In this document: positions 18,782-28,162 of the stretch, piece by piece
How positions within the stretch are numbered: the first letter of the stretch is position 1
Layout of the letters: each line of letters starts with the position of its first letter
Origin: an uncultured Planctomycetota bacterium
GTDB lineage: Bacteria > Planctomycetota > PLA2 > JAEUHO01
NCBI GenBank assembly: GCA_963752285.1
Contig: CAVVXN010000005.1
Location: 1,856,001 to 1,920,000, forward strand
Length of the DNA: 64,000 bases
Direction of reading: 5' to 3'
Program-made: the position numbers and the translations under genes
The notes under the pieces: generated by a model
The model's input: only the letters and a program-made list of their open reading frames with translations
Told to the model about the DNA's origin: nothing
Databases searched by the model: none

Positions 18782-19678
18782 TCAACGACGCACGGCCCGT
18801 GCCCGGTCCGCCTCGGCGTCGGCCGCGGCCTCGAACCAGGCGCGGACCCGGCGCGTGAACGGGCCGGGCGTCCCCCCGGAGACCGGGCGGCGGTCCACCG
18901 CGACGACCGGGAGGATCCCCCGCACGGACGACGAGAGGAAGATCTCGTCGGCGCGGTCGAGCGCGACACGCTCGACGCGCTCCTCCCGCGCCTCGACCCC
19001 GTGCTCGGCGAGGAGCGAGAGGATGCGGGTCCGCGTCGTGCCCTTGAGGATCCCGGCCTCGAGCGGCGGCGTCGCGAGCGCGTCGCCCACGACCACGTAC
19101 ACGTTCGCGGTCGTCGCCTCGGTGACCTCGCCCCGCTCGTTCAGCATGAGCGCGTCGTCCGCGCCGAGCAGCCGGGCCTCGTGGAGGGCGAGGACGTTGT
19201 TCAGGTAGTTCCCCGTCTTGGCGCGGGGGTCGAGCGACACGCGAGGATTCCGGCGCCGCTCCACGACGGCCACGCGAATGCCGCGCTCCCACGCTTGGGC
19301 GTCGGGCCGCCCCGCCGGCGCGACGATGACGACGAGACCCCGGCGCGTCACCCTCGTGAGGTCGAGGCCGAGCGGCCCCGCGCCGCGCGTGACGATGAGC
19401 CGCACGTACGCGTCCTCGTCGTCCCCGACCCCCGCGGCCGCGACGGTCTCGCGAATCGCGCGACCGAGCGCGGCCGCGTCGTGTTGCAGGTCCATGTAGA
19501 GGCGCTCTGCACTCTCGGCGAGGCGGTCCAAGTGCTCGGCCTCCTGCACGAGCGTGCCCCGGTGCCACCAGAGCACCTCGTACACGGAGTCGCCGAGCAG
19601 GAACCCGTGGTCGAGGACGGGGACCCGCGCCTCCTCGGGCGGCGAGATCGTCCCGTCCACGTAGACCCTCGTCTCCAC
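18782..19678 (-). CDS. PLP-dependent class IV aminotransferase (IlvE/Dat/PabC family)
   Basis: Motifs DHGFLLGDSVYE, AKTGNY (PLP lysine), EATTAN and GILKGTTR. Confidence 0.93.
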   Translation of the reverse strand: METRVYVDGTISPPEEARVPVLDHGFLLGDSVYEVLWWHRGTLVQEAEHLDRLAESAERLYMDLQHDAAALGRAIRETVAAAGVGDDEDAYVRLIVTRGAGPLGLDLTRVTRRGLVVIVAPAGRPDAQAWERGIRVAVVERRRNPRVSLDPRAKTGNYLNNVLALHEARLLGADDALMLNERGEVTEATTANVYVVVGDALATPPLEAGILKGTTRTRILSLLAEHGVEAREERVERVALDRADEIFLSSSVRGILPVVAVDRRPVSGGTPGPFTRRVRAWFEAAADAEADRARAVRR

Positions 19679-19703
19679 GTGGATGGCTCCTCCGGTCGCG
19701 CCG

Positions 19704-22141
19704 TCACGGACGGCGCGCCGTCTCCGGTCCGGTCTGGCCGGCCACGAAGTCGATCCGTCGTTCCAGCTCCCGTGCGTTCAAGTCGGCGTCGCCCTGGAAC
19801 AACCCCGCCACGTCGAGCGCCCGCCGGATCCGTCCCCGCGGGTCGATGAACGCCATGCGGGGCTGTCCCTGCTCCGGGAGACCGACCGCGCGGCGGAGCT
19901 CGGGGAGCTTGTCGTCCGTCTCGTCGATCTTGATCCGGACGAAGTCGGCGAGCTTCGTCCGAAGCGACGCGTGGGTCTCCATCACGTGGTCGAAGTCCTT
20001 GCAGTTCCCGCACCACGTGGCCCAGACGTCCACGATCACCGGACGGCTCTGGGCACGCGCGCGGTCCACCTCCGCCTGGAGCTCCGCGACGTCCTTCACG
20101 CGCGTCCAGCTGAGCGTCTCCTCGGGCATGGCGGTCAGGTGGGCGACGACGCCGGTCACGACCGCCAGCGAGACGGCGAGGAGCGCGCCGCGCTTCCGCG
20201 CCACCGCTACGCGCTCGCCCTCGCCCTTCACCAGGTGGCGCTCGACGAGGGCCCACGTCAAGAGCGCGATCGCGAAGCCGGCCACGAAGAGCGGAACGCG
20301 CGTGAGCACGCCGGCGTTGGCCAGGAAGTAGAGGGCGACGCCGACGAGGATCACGCCGAACGCGTATCGCACCCACACCATCCACGGCCCCGGACGCGCG
20401 AGGAGGTTCAACGACCCCGCGGCGAAGAAGACCGCGCCCATGCCGAGGCCCAGCGTGAAGAAGAGCAAGAACCCCGTCCACGCGCTGCCCGTCGTCGCGA
20501 CGTACGTGAGCATGGCCACGACGAAGGGTCCCGTGCAGGGGCTCGCGATGACCGCAGCGAGCGCGCCGAGGAGGAACGCGCCGAGGAGCGTGCCGCTCTT
20601 CTGCGCGGCGCCGCCTCGGATGCGCTCCATCCACGCCGGCGGCTGCAGCTCGAACACGCCCAGCATGCCGGCGGCGAGGACGAGGAAGAAGATCGCGATC
20701 GCCCACACGACGACGGGCATCCGGAACGCGGCGTCGAGGTCCACGGCCTTCCCGAGGGAGCCCGACACGGCGCCGGCCGCCCCGTACGTGAGCGCGAGGC
20801 CGAGAACGTACGCGGTGAGCATGACGGTGAGCCGGCCGCGGCTCGCCTTGCCCGCCGCGCCCCCTCCGATGACGCTGATCGTCAGGGGGATGATCGGCAG
20901 CACGCAGGGGGTGAACGCGAGGCCCACGCCGAACCCGAACACCAGGAGCAGCGTCGCGAACCAGGAGCCCTTCACCATGAACGCGGTCCCGGTCGCGGTG
21001 GCCGCCCCGGGCAGCACGTCTCCGTGCACGACCGGGAACGGAGTCTCCTCCGTCGGCGGGTCGGTCCTCCTCTCTCCGGGCGCGAGCGGGGGCGCGGACG
21101 GCGGCGACTCGACCGCAGGCGTGACGGGGACGGGCACCGGAGAGGTCTCGGGCGGCACGGCGCTCGCGTCCACCCACTCCGCGACCAGCACGGCGTCCCC
21201 GGAGTTGCACATGTTGTCGCAGGCCTGCCACGAGGCCTTGATGCGGAGGCGCTTCCCGCCGTCGCGCGTGAAGTGGACCGTCACGGCGTAGGGTTTCGTG
21301 ATCTCGTCGCCCTCGTCCTCGTACGCGGGCTCGTTCCAGGTGATGCCCTCGTCGGGAAGGGGCGTGACCTCGACCGGGATCTCTCCGCCTTCCCAGCCCG
21401 GCATGTAGAGGTGGTAGCCCCGATCCGGCGTGAACAGCACCGTCGCGATCGAGGCCTCCTCGTCCACCTGAAGCGTCACGGTGACGCCCTTCCCGTGCGC
21501 GGGGAGGGGCTGCCGCAACGCGAGGTCCGCGGCGGGCACGCCGGCGGGAGCCCCCCCGACGCGGGCTGCGCGCCGGGCCCGTCCCCCGCGGCCGTCCCCG
21601 ACGCTCCGCCGCGGAGGCGCACGACCGCCTCCTGTCCGCGCACGCGGTCGAAGCACATCTGGGGCGTGCAGGAGCTGTAGTCGAACGCGATGCCGATCTC
21701 GAGTCCGGGAAGGGCGTCCTTCGCGATCTCGATCGGCACGGAGAGCGTGAAGCCGTGCTCCGGGCGCCACACGGGCATCGGGCCGGTCTCGGGGAAGTTC
21801 GGGTCCGTGTACGGAACGGGCTCGGTCCAGGTGACGTCGCCGGGCGCCTTCTTCCAGGACGTGTAGGTCACGTCGCCCGCGGGTGCGTCGTAGCGGACGG
21901 CGTCCGAGTCGCTCGGGAGGACCCGCCACGTGAGCTCCTGTCCCTTCTCGGTCGCGTAGACGTGGAGGTCGTTCGAGACCACCGCCTCGACGACGAGTCG
22001 GCCCTTCCCGCCGGGCCCGAGATCGGGCGGGTCGAGGCGTGCGGCGATCTGGATCGTCCCGTCCACTTTCTCCTTCGCGTGCGCGGACGGCGCCGCGAGG
22101 AGCAGGACCAGCAGGGCGACCGGGAGGACCGGATATCTCAT
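19704..22141 (-). pseudogene. dsbD: DsbD-like thiol:disulfide interchange protein, frameshifted as sequenced
   Basis: The 5' frame holds the signal peptide and first N-domain (SSCTPQMC). The second frame holds another N-domain (QACDNMC), the TM domain (FTPCVLP, ASPCTGP) and a thioredoxin domain (WATWCGNC). Adding one G to the G7 run at 21551-21557 joins them into 812 aa. Confidence 0.8.
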
Positions 22142-22387
22142 GGCGGGGCTCCAGGGGGTCCGGTGCCGGGCGTTCTCCGGCGGGGGCGGCCCAGAGGCCG
22201 CCGGGGGCCGGCGTGCGAGGTCCGCGGGGACCCTCGCGAGTCGAGTCGGTACGGGGGTCGATCGGCGCATCGAAGGGAGCGACATCCGCGGGGACGATGG
22301 TACGGGAATCCGCCGGCCGGGTAGGCTTCGCGGGACGGGGCGGGTCGGCCGCGCCCGCTCCCCCGGGGTCGCCGGGGCCGAGGCGCC

Positions 22388-22393
22388 TACAAT
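22388..22393 (+). promoter_or_regulatory. -10 box TACAAT just upstream of the queD start
   Basis: TACAAT lies 8 nt before GTG 22402 and no Shine-Dalgarno is present. Confidence 0.55.
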
Positions 22394-22401
22394 CCGGGGC
22401 C

Positions 22402-22767
22402 GTGCTGGTTCATCGCGAATTCACGTTCGAGGCCGCGCACCACCTGCCGGCGCATCCCGGGCCCTGCCGCCGGCCGCACGGGCACGGGTACCGGTTCCGG
22501 CTCACGGTCGAGGCGCCCGTGGACCCGGCGACGGGCCTCGCGATCGACTTCGCGGACCTGAAGGAGGCCGTCGAGTCGGAGGTGCTCTCGGTGCTCGACC
22601 ATCGGGACCTGAACGAGGTTCTCCCGATCCCGTCGGCCGAGCACATCGCCGTCTGGATCTGGGACCGACTGGCGCGCGCGGGCCTCCCGCTCTTCGAGAT
22701 CGTCCTGATGGAGACCCCGACGTCGGGCGTGACGTACCGCGGCGAGGGCCTCGGCCCGGTCGGGTAG
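22402..22767 (+). CDS. queD: 6-carboxytetrahydropterin synthase
   Basis: Motifs FEAAHHLP, CRRPHGHGY, IDFADLK, LDHRDLN, PSAEHIA and ETP. Confidence 0.93.
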   Translation: MLVHREFTFEAAHHLPAHPGPCRRPHGHGYRFRLTVEAPVDPATGLAIDFADLKEAVESEVLSVLDHRDLNEVLPIPSAEHIAVWIWDRLARAGLPLFEIVLMETPTSGVTYRGEGLGPVG

Positions 22768-22778
22768 AGGAGGACCGG

Positions 22779-23363
22779 GTGGCGCGCACGGCTCGGCGGG
22801 ACGCGCTCTTGGAGGCGGCCGCACGGGTGCTGGGGGAGCGCGGCGGGCACGGCACCACGATGCGCGACGTGGCGCGTGGCGCGGGCATCGGGCTCGCGAC
22901 CCTCTACCACTACGTCTCGAGCCGGGACGACCTCGTCTACCAGGTGGAGGTCCGCCTGCTCCAGGCCGCGGTCGCGTCCGCCGAGGCGACCGCCGCCGTG
23001 CGGGGCGCCCGCGAGCGGCTCCGGGCGCTCGTGACCGACCACGTCCGGCGGGTGATGGCGCGCCCCGCGGAGGCGGCGGCCCTCGCCGGCCGCCTCTACC
23101 CCCTCTCCGGGGACCGCGGGCGGCGCGTCGAGGCGCTGCGCCAGCGCTACGAGGAGCTCGTCCAGGCCGCAGCGGGGGCGGCGACCCGGGGCCGCCAGGC
23201 GGGCGGGCGGGGGCGACGGAGTCCCGCGCCGGTCCAGCTCCTGCTCGGCATGGCCGACCGCCTGGCGCTCGACGCGGCGGCGCGCCGCCCGGCGCCGTCC
23301 CCGGCGCGGCTGGCCGGGCTGGTGGTCGGCTGTTTCCTCGCCGGCGCCGGTGCGCGGCGGTGA
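22779..23363 (+). CDS. TetR/AcrR-family transcriptional regulator
   Basis: HTH region TTMRDVARGAGIGLATLYHYVSSRDDL and a GAGGAGG RBS. Confidence 0.9.
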   Translation: MARTARRDALLEAAARVLGERGGHGTTMRDVARGAGIGLATLYHYVSSRDDLVYQVEVRLLQAAVASAEATAAVRGARERLRALVTDHVRRVMARPAEAAALAGRLYPLSGDRGRRVEALRQRYEELVQAAAGAATRGRQAGGRGRRSPAPVQLLLGMADRLALDAAARRPAPSPARLAGLVVGCFLAGAGARR

Positions 23364-23464
23364 CCCGCCGCCGGCAAGCCGGGGCGACTTCCGGTGTGGA
23401 TTCGCACGGGCGAGACCGCGACCGAGGGTCCCGCCCTCCTCGGGGACCGTCCCAACCCCTTGCA

Positions 23465-23520
23465 AATCAGGGGATTGGGCCGGATCCCCGTCCCGGGGGA
23501 ACATGGGTACGGGCCGTGCG
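23465..23520 (+). promoter_or_regulatory. IHF-consensus site plus a putative sigma54 -24/-12 element
   Basis: AATCAGGGGATTG (23465-23477) fits WATCARNNNNTTR. GGGTACGGGCCGTGCG (23505-23520) has GG-N10-GC spacing. Confidence 0.45.
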
Positions 23521-23553
23521 GCACCCCGCCCGGCTCGAGCTGCGGAGATCGCC

Positions 23554-25767
23554 GTGACCAACGTCCGCCATCCCTCGTTCCCCTCTCTCGCCGCCTCCCT
23601 GGTCGCGGCGGCGCTCCTCGGCGCGTGCGGCGGCGGCGGCGGCGGGGGCTCCACGCCCACCCCGCCCGGTCCCGACGTCACGCCCCCCACCGTCGCGATC
23701 ACGGCGCCGGCGAGCCGCGCGGCGTTCATCCCGGGCGACCTGCTCCGCGTCGCCTTCGTCGCGGACGACGACCGCACGGCGACCGTGAAGCTCATCATCG
23801 ACGAGGACATGGACCTCTTCACGACGGCGGACCAGCACGTCCTCTTCACCGGCCCGGACGGCAACGGCGTCCCCCAGGTGCGCACGGTGTCCACCACGGG
23901 GATCCCCCTCGGTCCCCACACCCTCTTCGCGACGGCCGACGACGGGACGAACCCGGTGGTCAGCACCCCGGGCGTCCAGGTGCTCGCGTACCCGGGCCTC
24001 GCCGGCGTCACTCCGCAGGCGCGCCGAAACGTGTATGGGGTCTCCGGCACCGGGGTGGTGTTCAGCGTCGGAGAAGCCGAGCAAGGCGGCGTGCCGCGGA
24101 ACAACGACGGCCTGGCCGACGACGGCGTCATGACGGTCCTGAACGCCGCGGACGGCGTCGTCACCCCCTCGACCCTGAGCGCCGACGTGGCGAGCCCGGG
24201 GAACACCGGCATCCCGCTCGTGCTCCGGCCCGTGATGGACTCGCTGGCCTGGGGCCTCCGGGAGCAGGACCAGAACCAGGACCTCAACGCCGACGGGGAC
24301 CAGCTCGACGGCTACGTAGCGGTGATCAACCCCGTCGTGAACCCGCTGCCGAATCTCGTCCTCCAGGGGGGGGCGACTCCCGTCTCCACCCTGAGCGAGG
24401 TCCGTCACTTCGCGCTGGCGAAGGAGGGGAGCGCCAACCAGGACATCGACGGGGACGGGGACATGCTCGACGACGTGTTCCTGTCCATCGACTCGCTCGG
24501 GAACAGCTTTCCCTTCCTCGACACGCCGCGCGCCGGCGCTCCCTTCGTGACGTCGATCGACGGCCCCTTCGCCGCCTACGTCGTGGACGAGTCGATTCAG
24601 GGGACGGGCAACACCCCCGGGATCGACCTGCGCGGGGACGGCGACTTCACGGACCAGCTCCTCGCCATCGTGAACGTCGCGGGCGGACGCATCGCCCTCG
24701 CCGGCGCGAACCCCATGGCGATGCCTGCGAATCTCGCCACGAACGTGGACCCGACGGGCAAGGTCGCCGTCTCCGCGCAGGGCTGGGTGGGCTACTACGT
24801 GGACGAGGCGCAGACCGGTCCGGTGTTCTTGAACGGCGACACCGACAACACCGACTTCATCCCGGCCTTGTACGACGCCGCCGGGACCCAGCAGCTCTTC
24901 CTCCCCGGCACGGGGCTCAACGCCGGACCGGGCGCGGGCACCTTCTTCTTCGAGAACGGGGTCGCCGTCTACACCGCGATGGAAGAGGGGGTCACCGACC
25001 GGAACGGGGACGGCGACGTCCTGGACACGAAGGTGCTCTACGTGACGGACGTGCAGACCTCGCCGAGCACCGCGACCCTCGTCCCACCGCCTCCGGGTTT
25101 CGCCGGTCACACGGGCCTGACCCTCGACGGCGGCTTTGCGGCCCGGATCGGGCGCGGATGGATCTCGCTGGTCGTCTCCGAGTTCGCGAACAACATGGAC
25201 CTGAACGGCGACGGCGACACGTCGGACTTCGTGCTCCTGCTTCTCGACGTGCGCTCCTTCCCCGTGGTCGTGCACAACACGGGGCTCGTGCCCCTGCCGA
25301 CCGGCCAGGTCGCCGGCAGCTCGATCCCGGTCACGGGCGTGGGGAACGACAAGGGCCTCCTCGTCATGGCCGCCGAGACCGCCAACGGAGACCTGAACGG
25401 CGACGGCGACACGAGCGACTCGCTCGCCTTCTACTTCAGCTTCACGAACCCTGCGGTGCGTATCCCCCTGCTGCAAACCGGCGCCGTCCACGCGGCCGTG
25501 GTGAACAACCGCATCGCGGTCACGGCCTCCGAGATCCTCACGGGCCAGGACCTGGACGGTGACGGCAGCGCGTTCGGGTTCGTGCTCAGGGTGTTCGACC
25601 CGACCGGGGCGCTCCTCGAGCCCGGCCTCCCCTGCTCGCAGTTCTCCGTCCCCGCGTCCTTCGACGGCAGCATCTGGGCGTACGTGAGGAGCGAGCCGAA
25701 CGAGGCGCGCGACCTGAACGGCGACGGCGACCAGGCCGACCAGGTCCTCGGGCTCTGGACGAACTGA
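23554..25767 (+). CDS. Lipoprotein with ten E...DLNGDGD..D repeats (Ca-binding beta-propeller-like, 737 aa)
   Basis: Lipobox LLGAC followed by a poly-Gly run, an Ig-like stalk (DVTPPTVAITAP) and ten regularly spaced DxNGDGD-type loops. Confidence 0.85.
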   Translation: MTNVRHPSFPSLAASLVAAALLGACGGGGGGGSTPTPPGPDVTPPTVAITAPASRAAFIPGDLLRVAFVADDDRTATVKLIIDEDMDLFTTADQHVLFTGPDGNGVPQVRTVSTTGIPLGPHTLFATADDGTNPVVSTPGVQVLAYPGLAGVTPQARRNVYGVSGTGVVFSVGEAEQGGVPRNNDGLADDGVMTVLNAADGVVTPSTLSADVASPGNTGIPLVLRPVMDSLAWGLREQDQNQDLNADGDQLDGYVAVINPVVNPLPNLVLQGGATPVSTLSEVRHFALAKEGSANQDIDGDGDMLDDVFLSIDSLGNSFPFLDTPRAGAPFVTSIDGPFAAYVVDESIQGTGNTPGIDLRGDGDFTDQLLAIVNVAGGRIALAGANPMAMPANLATNVDPTGKVAVSAQGWVGYYVDEAQTGPVFLNGDTDNTDFIPALYDAAGTQQLFLPGTGLNAGPGAGTFFFENGVAVYTAMEEGVTDRNGDGDVLDTKVLYVTDVQTSPSTATLVPPPPGFAGHTGLTLDGGFAARIGRGWISLVVSEFANNMDLNGDGDTSDFVLLLLDVRSFPVVVHNTGLVPLPTGQVAGSSIPVTGVGNDKGLLVMAAETANGDLNGDGDTSDSLAFYFSFTNPAVRIPLLQTGAVHAAVVNNRIAVTASEILTGQDLDGDGSAFGFVLRVFDPTGALLEPGLPCSQFSVPASFDGSIWAYVRSEPNEARDLNGDGDQADQVLGLWTN

Positions 25768-25979
25768 GGGCCCGTCCGGGAATCCCTCTCGCTCTCGCAT
25801 CCCGGCTTCCCGCCATCTTCGACGGCTTCTCCGGCGCGAATTCCTCGACGTAGCTGGCGCTGCGCCTGCGGATCCGCTCCCTCGTCGCCGCCGAATCCGA
25901 CGCCAATCCGGGCGCGATCTGCACGAGGCGTTCCCGGCCAGGCCCTGAGCCGGGCCGCGGGGTCCCCCGGGGCCTTCCC

Positions 25980-27260
25980 CTACCAGGCGCCGACCGGGAG
26001 CACGGCGACGCGCGGCCCGGCCGCCTCCGCGAGCGCGTGCCGCAGCGCGGCCTCGGGACCGTCCTCGGGGAGGAGCCCCATCGGCCGCAGCAGGTCGCGC
26101 GAGACCTGGCTGACCACGTGCACGGGGTGGTCCTTCGCGAGACGGCGGATGGAGTAGGCGGTGAGGCCATAGGGGTGGAAGTCGCGCCGCAGCGCCGCGA
26201 GGTGGCGATCCAGACCCCGGATCTCGAACCACGGGAGCAGGTCCACGTGGCCGGGGCCTCCGGGCGCGCGCGCGAGCCAGACGATGGGCGCACCGGGCCT
26301 CGCCCACGAGGCGGCGAAGAGAAGGGCCTTGTGGGCCTGGATCAGGTCGTGGTCGCGAGGTGCACGCCCCCCGACGACGACCAGGTCGGCCGCCCCGGCC
26401 GCCACGCCGCCGAGCTTCTCGGTCCAGAGGGCGGCGGCGCGCGCGTGCGCCCCGCCCACCTCGCCGGCGGCCGCGCCGAGGATCCGGCCCTCGTCGTCGG
26501 CGACCACGTTCAGGAGGAACGCGCGGTCGAAGCGCCGTACGACCCTCAGGAGCGCGTCGCGGAAGGGATTCGGCTCGAGGCGGCCGGCGACCGACCGCAC
26601 GGCGCCGTCGGGACGGAGCACGGTTCTCAGCGTCAGGCGGTGGGCGGCGAGAACGGTCTCCCGGTCGGCCACCCCCGGCACGAACGCCTTCGGGCCGCCA
26701 CCGAACCCCGCCAGGTGGTGCGGGACCACCGCGCCCGTGAGAACGACGAGGTCCGCCTCCGCGACGAGCCGGTGCACGCGGACCTCGCCAATCTCCTCGT
26801 CCGTCCCCACCGACACGTTGTGGTCGGGCGCCATCGGAGCGCTCTGGACGGGGCGGAGCGCCCCCATCACCTCGGCGCCGAGCACCCGCTCGAGGGCACT
26901 CCGCGGCGCGGCGGGGTGGATGCCCCGCGCCACGACCACGGAGATGGACCGCGGCGCGAGCCCCGCCATCGCGAGCCGCGCGACGACGGGCAACAGGTAG
27001 ACGGAGGCCGGCGTGGCCCGGGACGGGTCGGGCACGACGACGGTGGCCCGCCGGATCCCCCGGGCGCGCTCGAGGAGCGGCGCGCTCCCGATCGGTCGGT
27101 CGAGCGCGGCGGCGACGAGGGCGAGAGCGTCGGGCGCGTCTTCGACGCGCGGCGGCGCCACCTCGAGGACCTCGGTGCCCGCGGGAAGGTCGAGATCGAG
27201 CCGCTGCTCGCCGTACCAGACACGCGCGCCGGCCACGGGGCGGATGCTACTCCCGGTCAC
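25980..27260 (-). CDS. LarA-family nickel-pincer-dependent racemase/epimerase
   Basis: VPDPSRATP, ARGIH, PHHLAGFGGGPKAFVPG, LAAH and IQAHKA align with the LarA catalytic and cofactor-binding motifs. Confidence 0.85.
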   Translation of the reverse strand: MTGSSIRPVAGARVWYGEQRLDLDLPAGTEVLEVAPPRVEDAPDALALVAAALDRPIGSAPLLERARGIRRATVVVPDPSRATPASVYLLPVVARLAMAGLAPRSISVVVARGIHPAAPRSALERVLGAEVMGALRPVQSAPMAPDHNVSVGTDEEIGEVRVHRLVAEADLVVLTGAVVPHHLAGFGGGPKAFVPGVADRETVLAAHRLTLRTVLRPDGAVRSVAGRLEPNPFRDALLRVVRRFDRAFLLNVVADDEGRILGAAAGEVGGAHARAAALWTEKLGGVAAGAADLVVVGGRAPRDHDLIQAHKALLFAASWARPGAPIVWLARAPGGPGHVDLLPWFEIRGLDRHLAALRRDFHPYGLTAYSIRRLAKDHPVHVVSQVSRDLLRPMGLLPEDGPEAALRHALAEAAGPRVAVLPVGAW

Positions 27261-27374
27261 CCGTTCCGCCGACGCGGGGAAGGAGGTGCGCCGATCGACG
27301 GCGAACCCGGGTCGCCGCCCGCCGTCCCCGCCCGCCGTCCCCGCCCGCGGGCGGCGCGTCTCGTGAGCGTCGGC

Positions 27375-27965
27375 TCAGCGATCCCCGGGCGGCTCGGGCG
27401 GCCGCACAGGCTCGGGCTCCGGACCCGGGGTGGGCGCGCCGGCGCCCGGCGGCCGGGCGGGCATCGGGCGGTGGTCGGGCCGCAGGAACCAGACGAACGT
27501 CTCCCCGAACGGGAGGTGGTCGAAGCCCTGGGAGCCCAGGTAGTCGATGACCTCCTGCACCGGCAGGTCCCGCCGTCCGTACCACGGCTCCGGAAGCTCC
27601 ACCTTCTCCATCGCGGTCTGGTCGGACGCCTCGCGGAAACGAAGCCGCATGACCTTCGAGAGCGCCGCGATCAGCTCCTTCCCGCGCGGAGCCTGCCCGT
27701 CGCGCACGCTCGGGATCGAGAGCGGCGTGTGCGGTGCCAGGATCTCTCCCTGCTGCTCGTGGGGCATGCGTCCGGGGGGGAGAACCGCGACGCGGGGGCC
27801 CCAGTCCCCGCGCGGCACGTCGTCCGTCCGCGCACGCGGCGCGCTCCCCGGACCCTCGTCGATCGGTGCGCCTTCGTAGGGCGTCGTCGGCCCGCCGGGG
27901 TGGAGGAGGAGGTAGCCGACGCCCGCCAGGGCGAGCAGGGCGAAGAGGAGGACCAACGAGCGCAT
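27375..27965 (-). CDS. Hypothetical single-TM/exported protein (196 aa)
   Basis: GGAGG RBS, an N-terminal hydrophobic helix and coding-like codon bias. Confidence 0.7.
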   Translation of the reverse strand: MRSLVLLFALLALAGVGYLLLHPGGPTTPYEGAPIDEGPGSAPRARTDDVPRGDWGPRVAVLPPGRMPHEQQGEILAPHTPLSIPSVRDGQAPRGKELIAALSKVMRLRFREASDQTAMEKVELPEPWYGRRDLPVQEVIDYLGSQGFDHLPFGETFVWFLRPDHRPMPARPPGAGAPTPGPEPEPVRPPEPPGDR

Positions 27966-28127
27966 GCGGGCCTCCGTCCGAGCGGTCCCCCGACTCTACC
28001 CCCGCCCCGATCCTCGCGACGCCGGAGGACGCACACAGTCGCCGGGGCCGGTCCCTCCCCTCCGCTCTCCCCGCCGAGACGGACAGGGGCCGGCGCCGAG
28101 AAGACGCCGGCCCCCGGAGGAGGTGGA

Positions 28128-28148
28128 GGTCCCCGCCGAGCGGGGACC
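28128..28148 (-). terminator. GC hairpin downstream of the large Ig lipoprotein gene
   Basis: Perfect 9-bp stem GGTCCCCGC-N3-GCGGGGACC, 14 nt after the stop. No U-tract. Confidence 0.4.
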
Positions 28149-28162
28149 CCCTACGGCTCGTG

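Noticed and set aside
25198..25731. Recurring GACCTGAACGGCGACGGCGAC DNA repeats
   Set aside because: They encode the DLNGDGD protein repeats and are not a mobile or CRISPR repeat.
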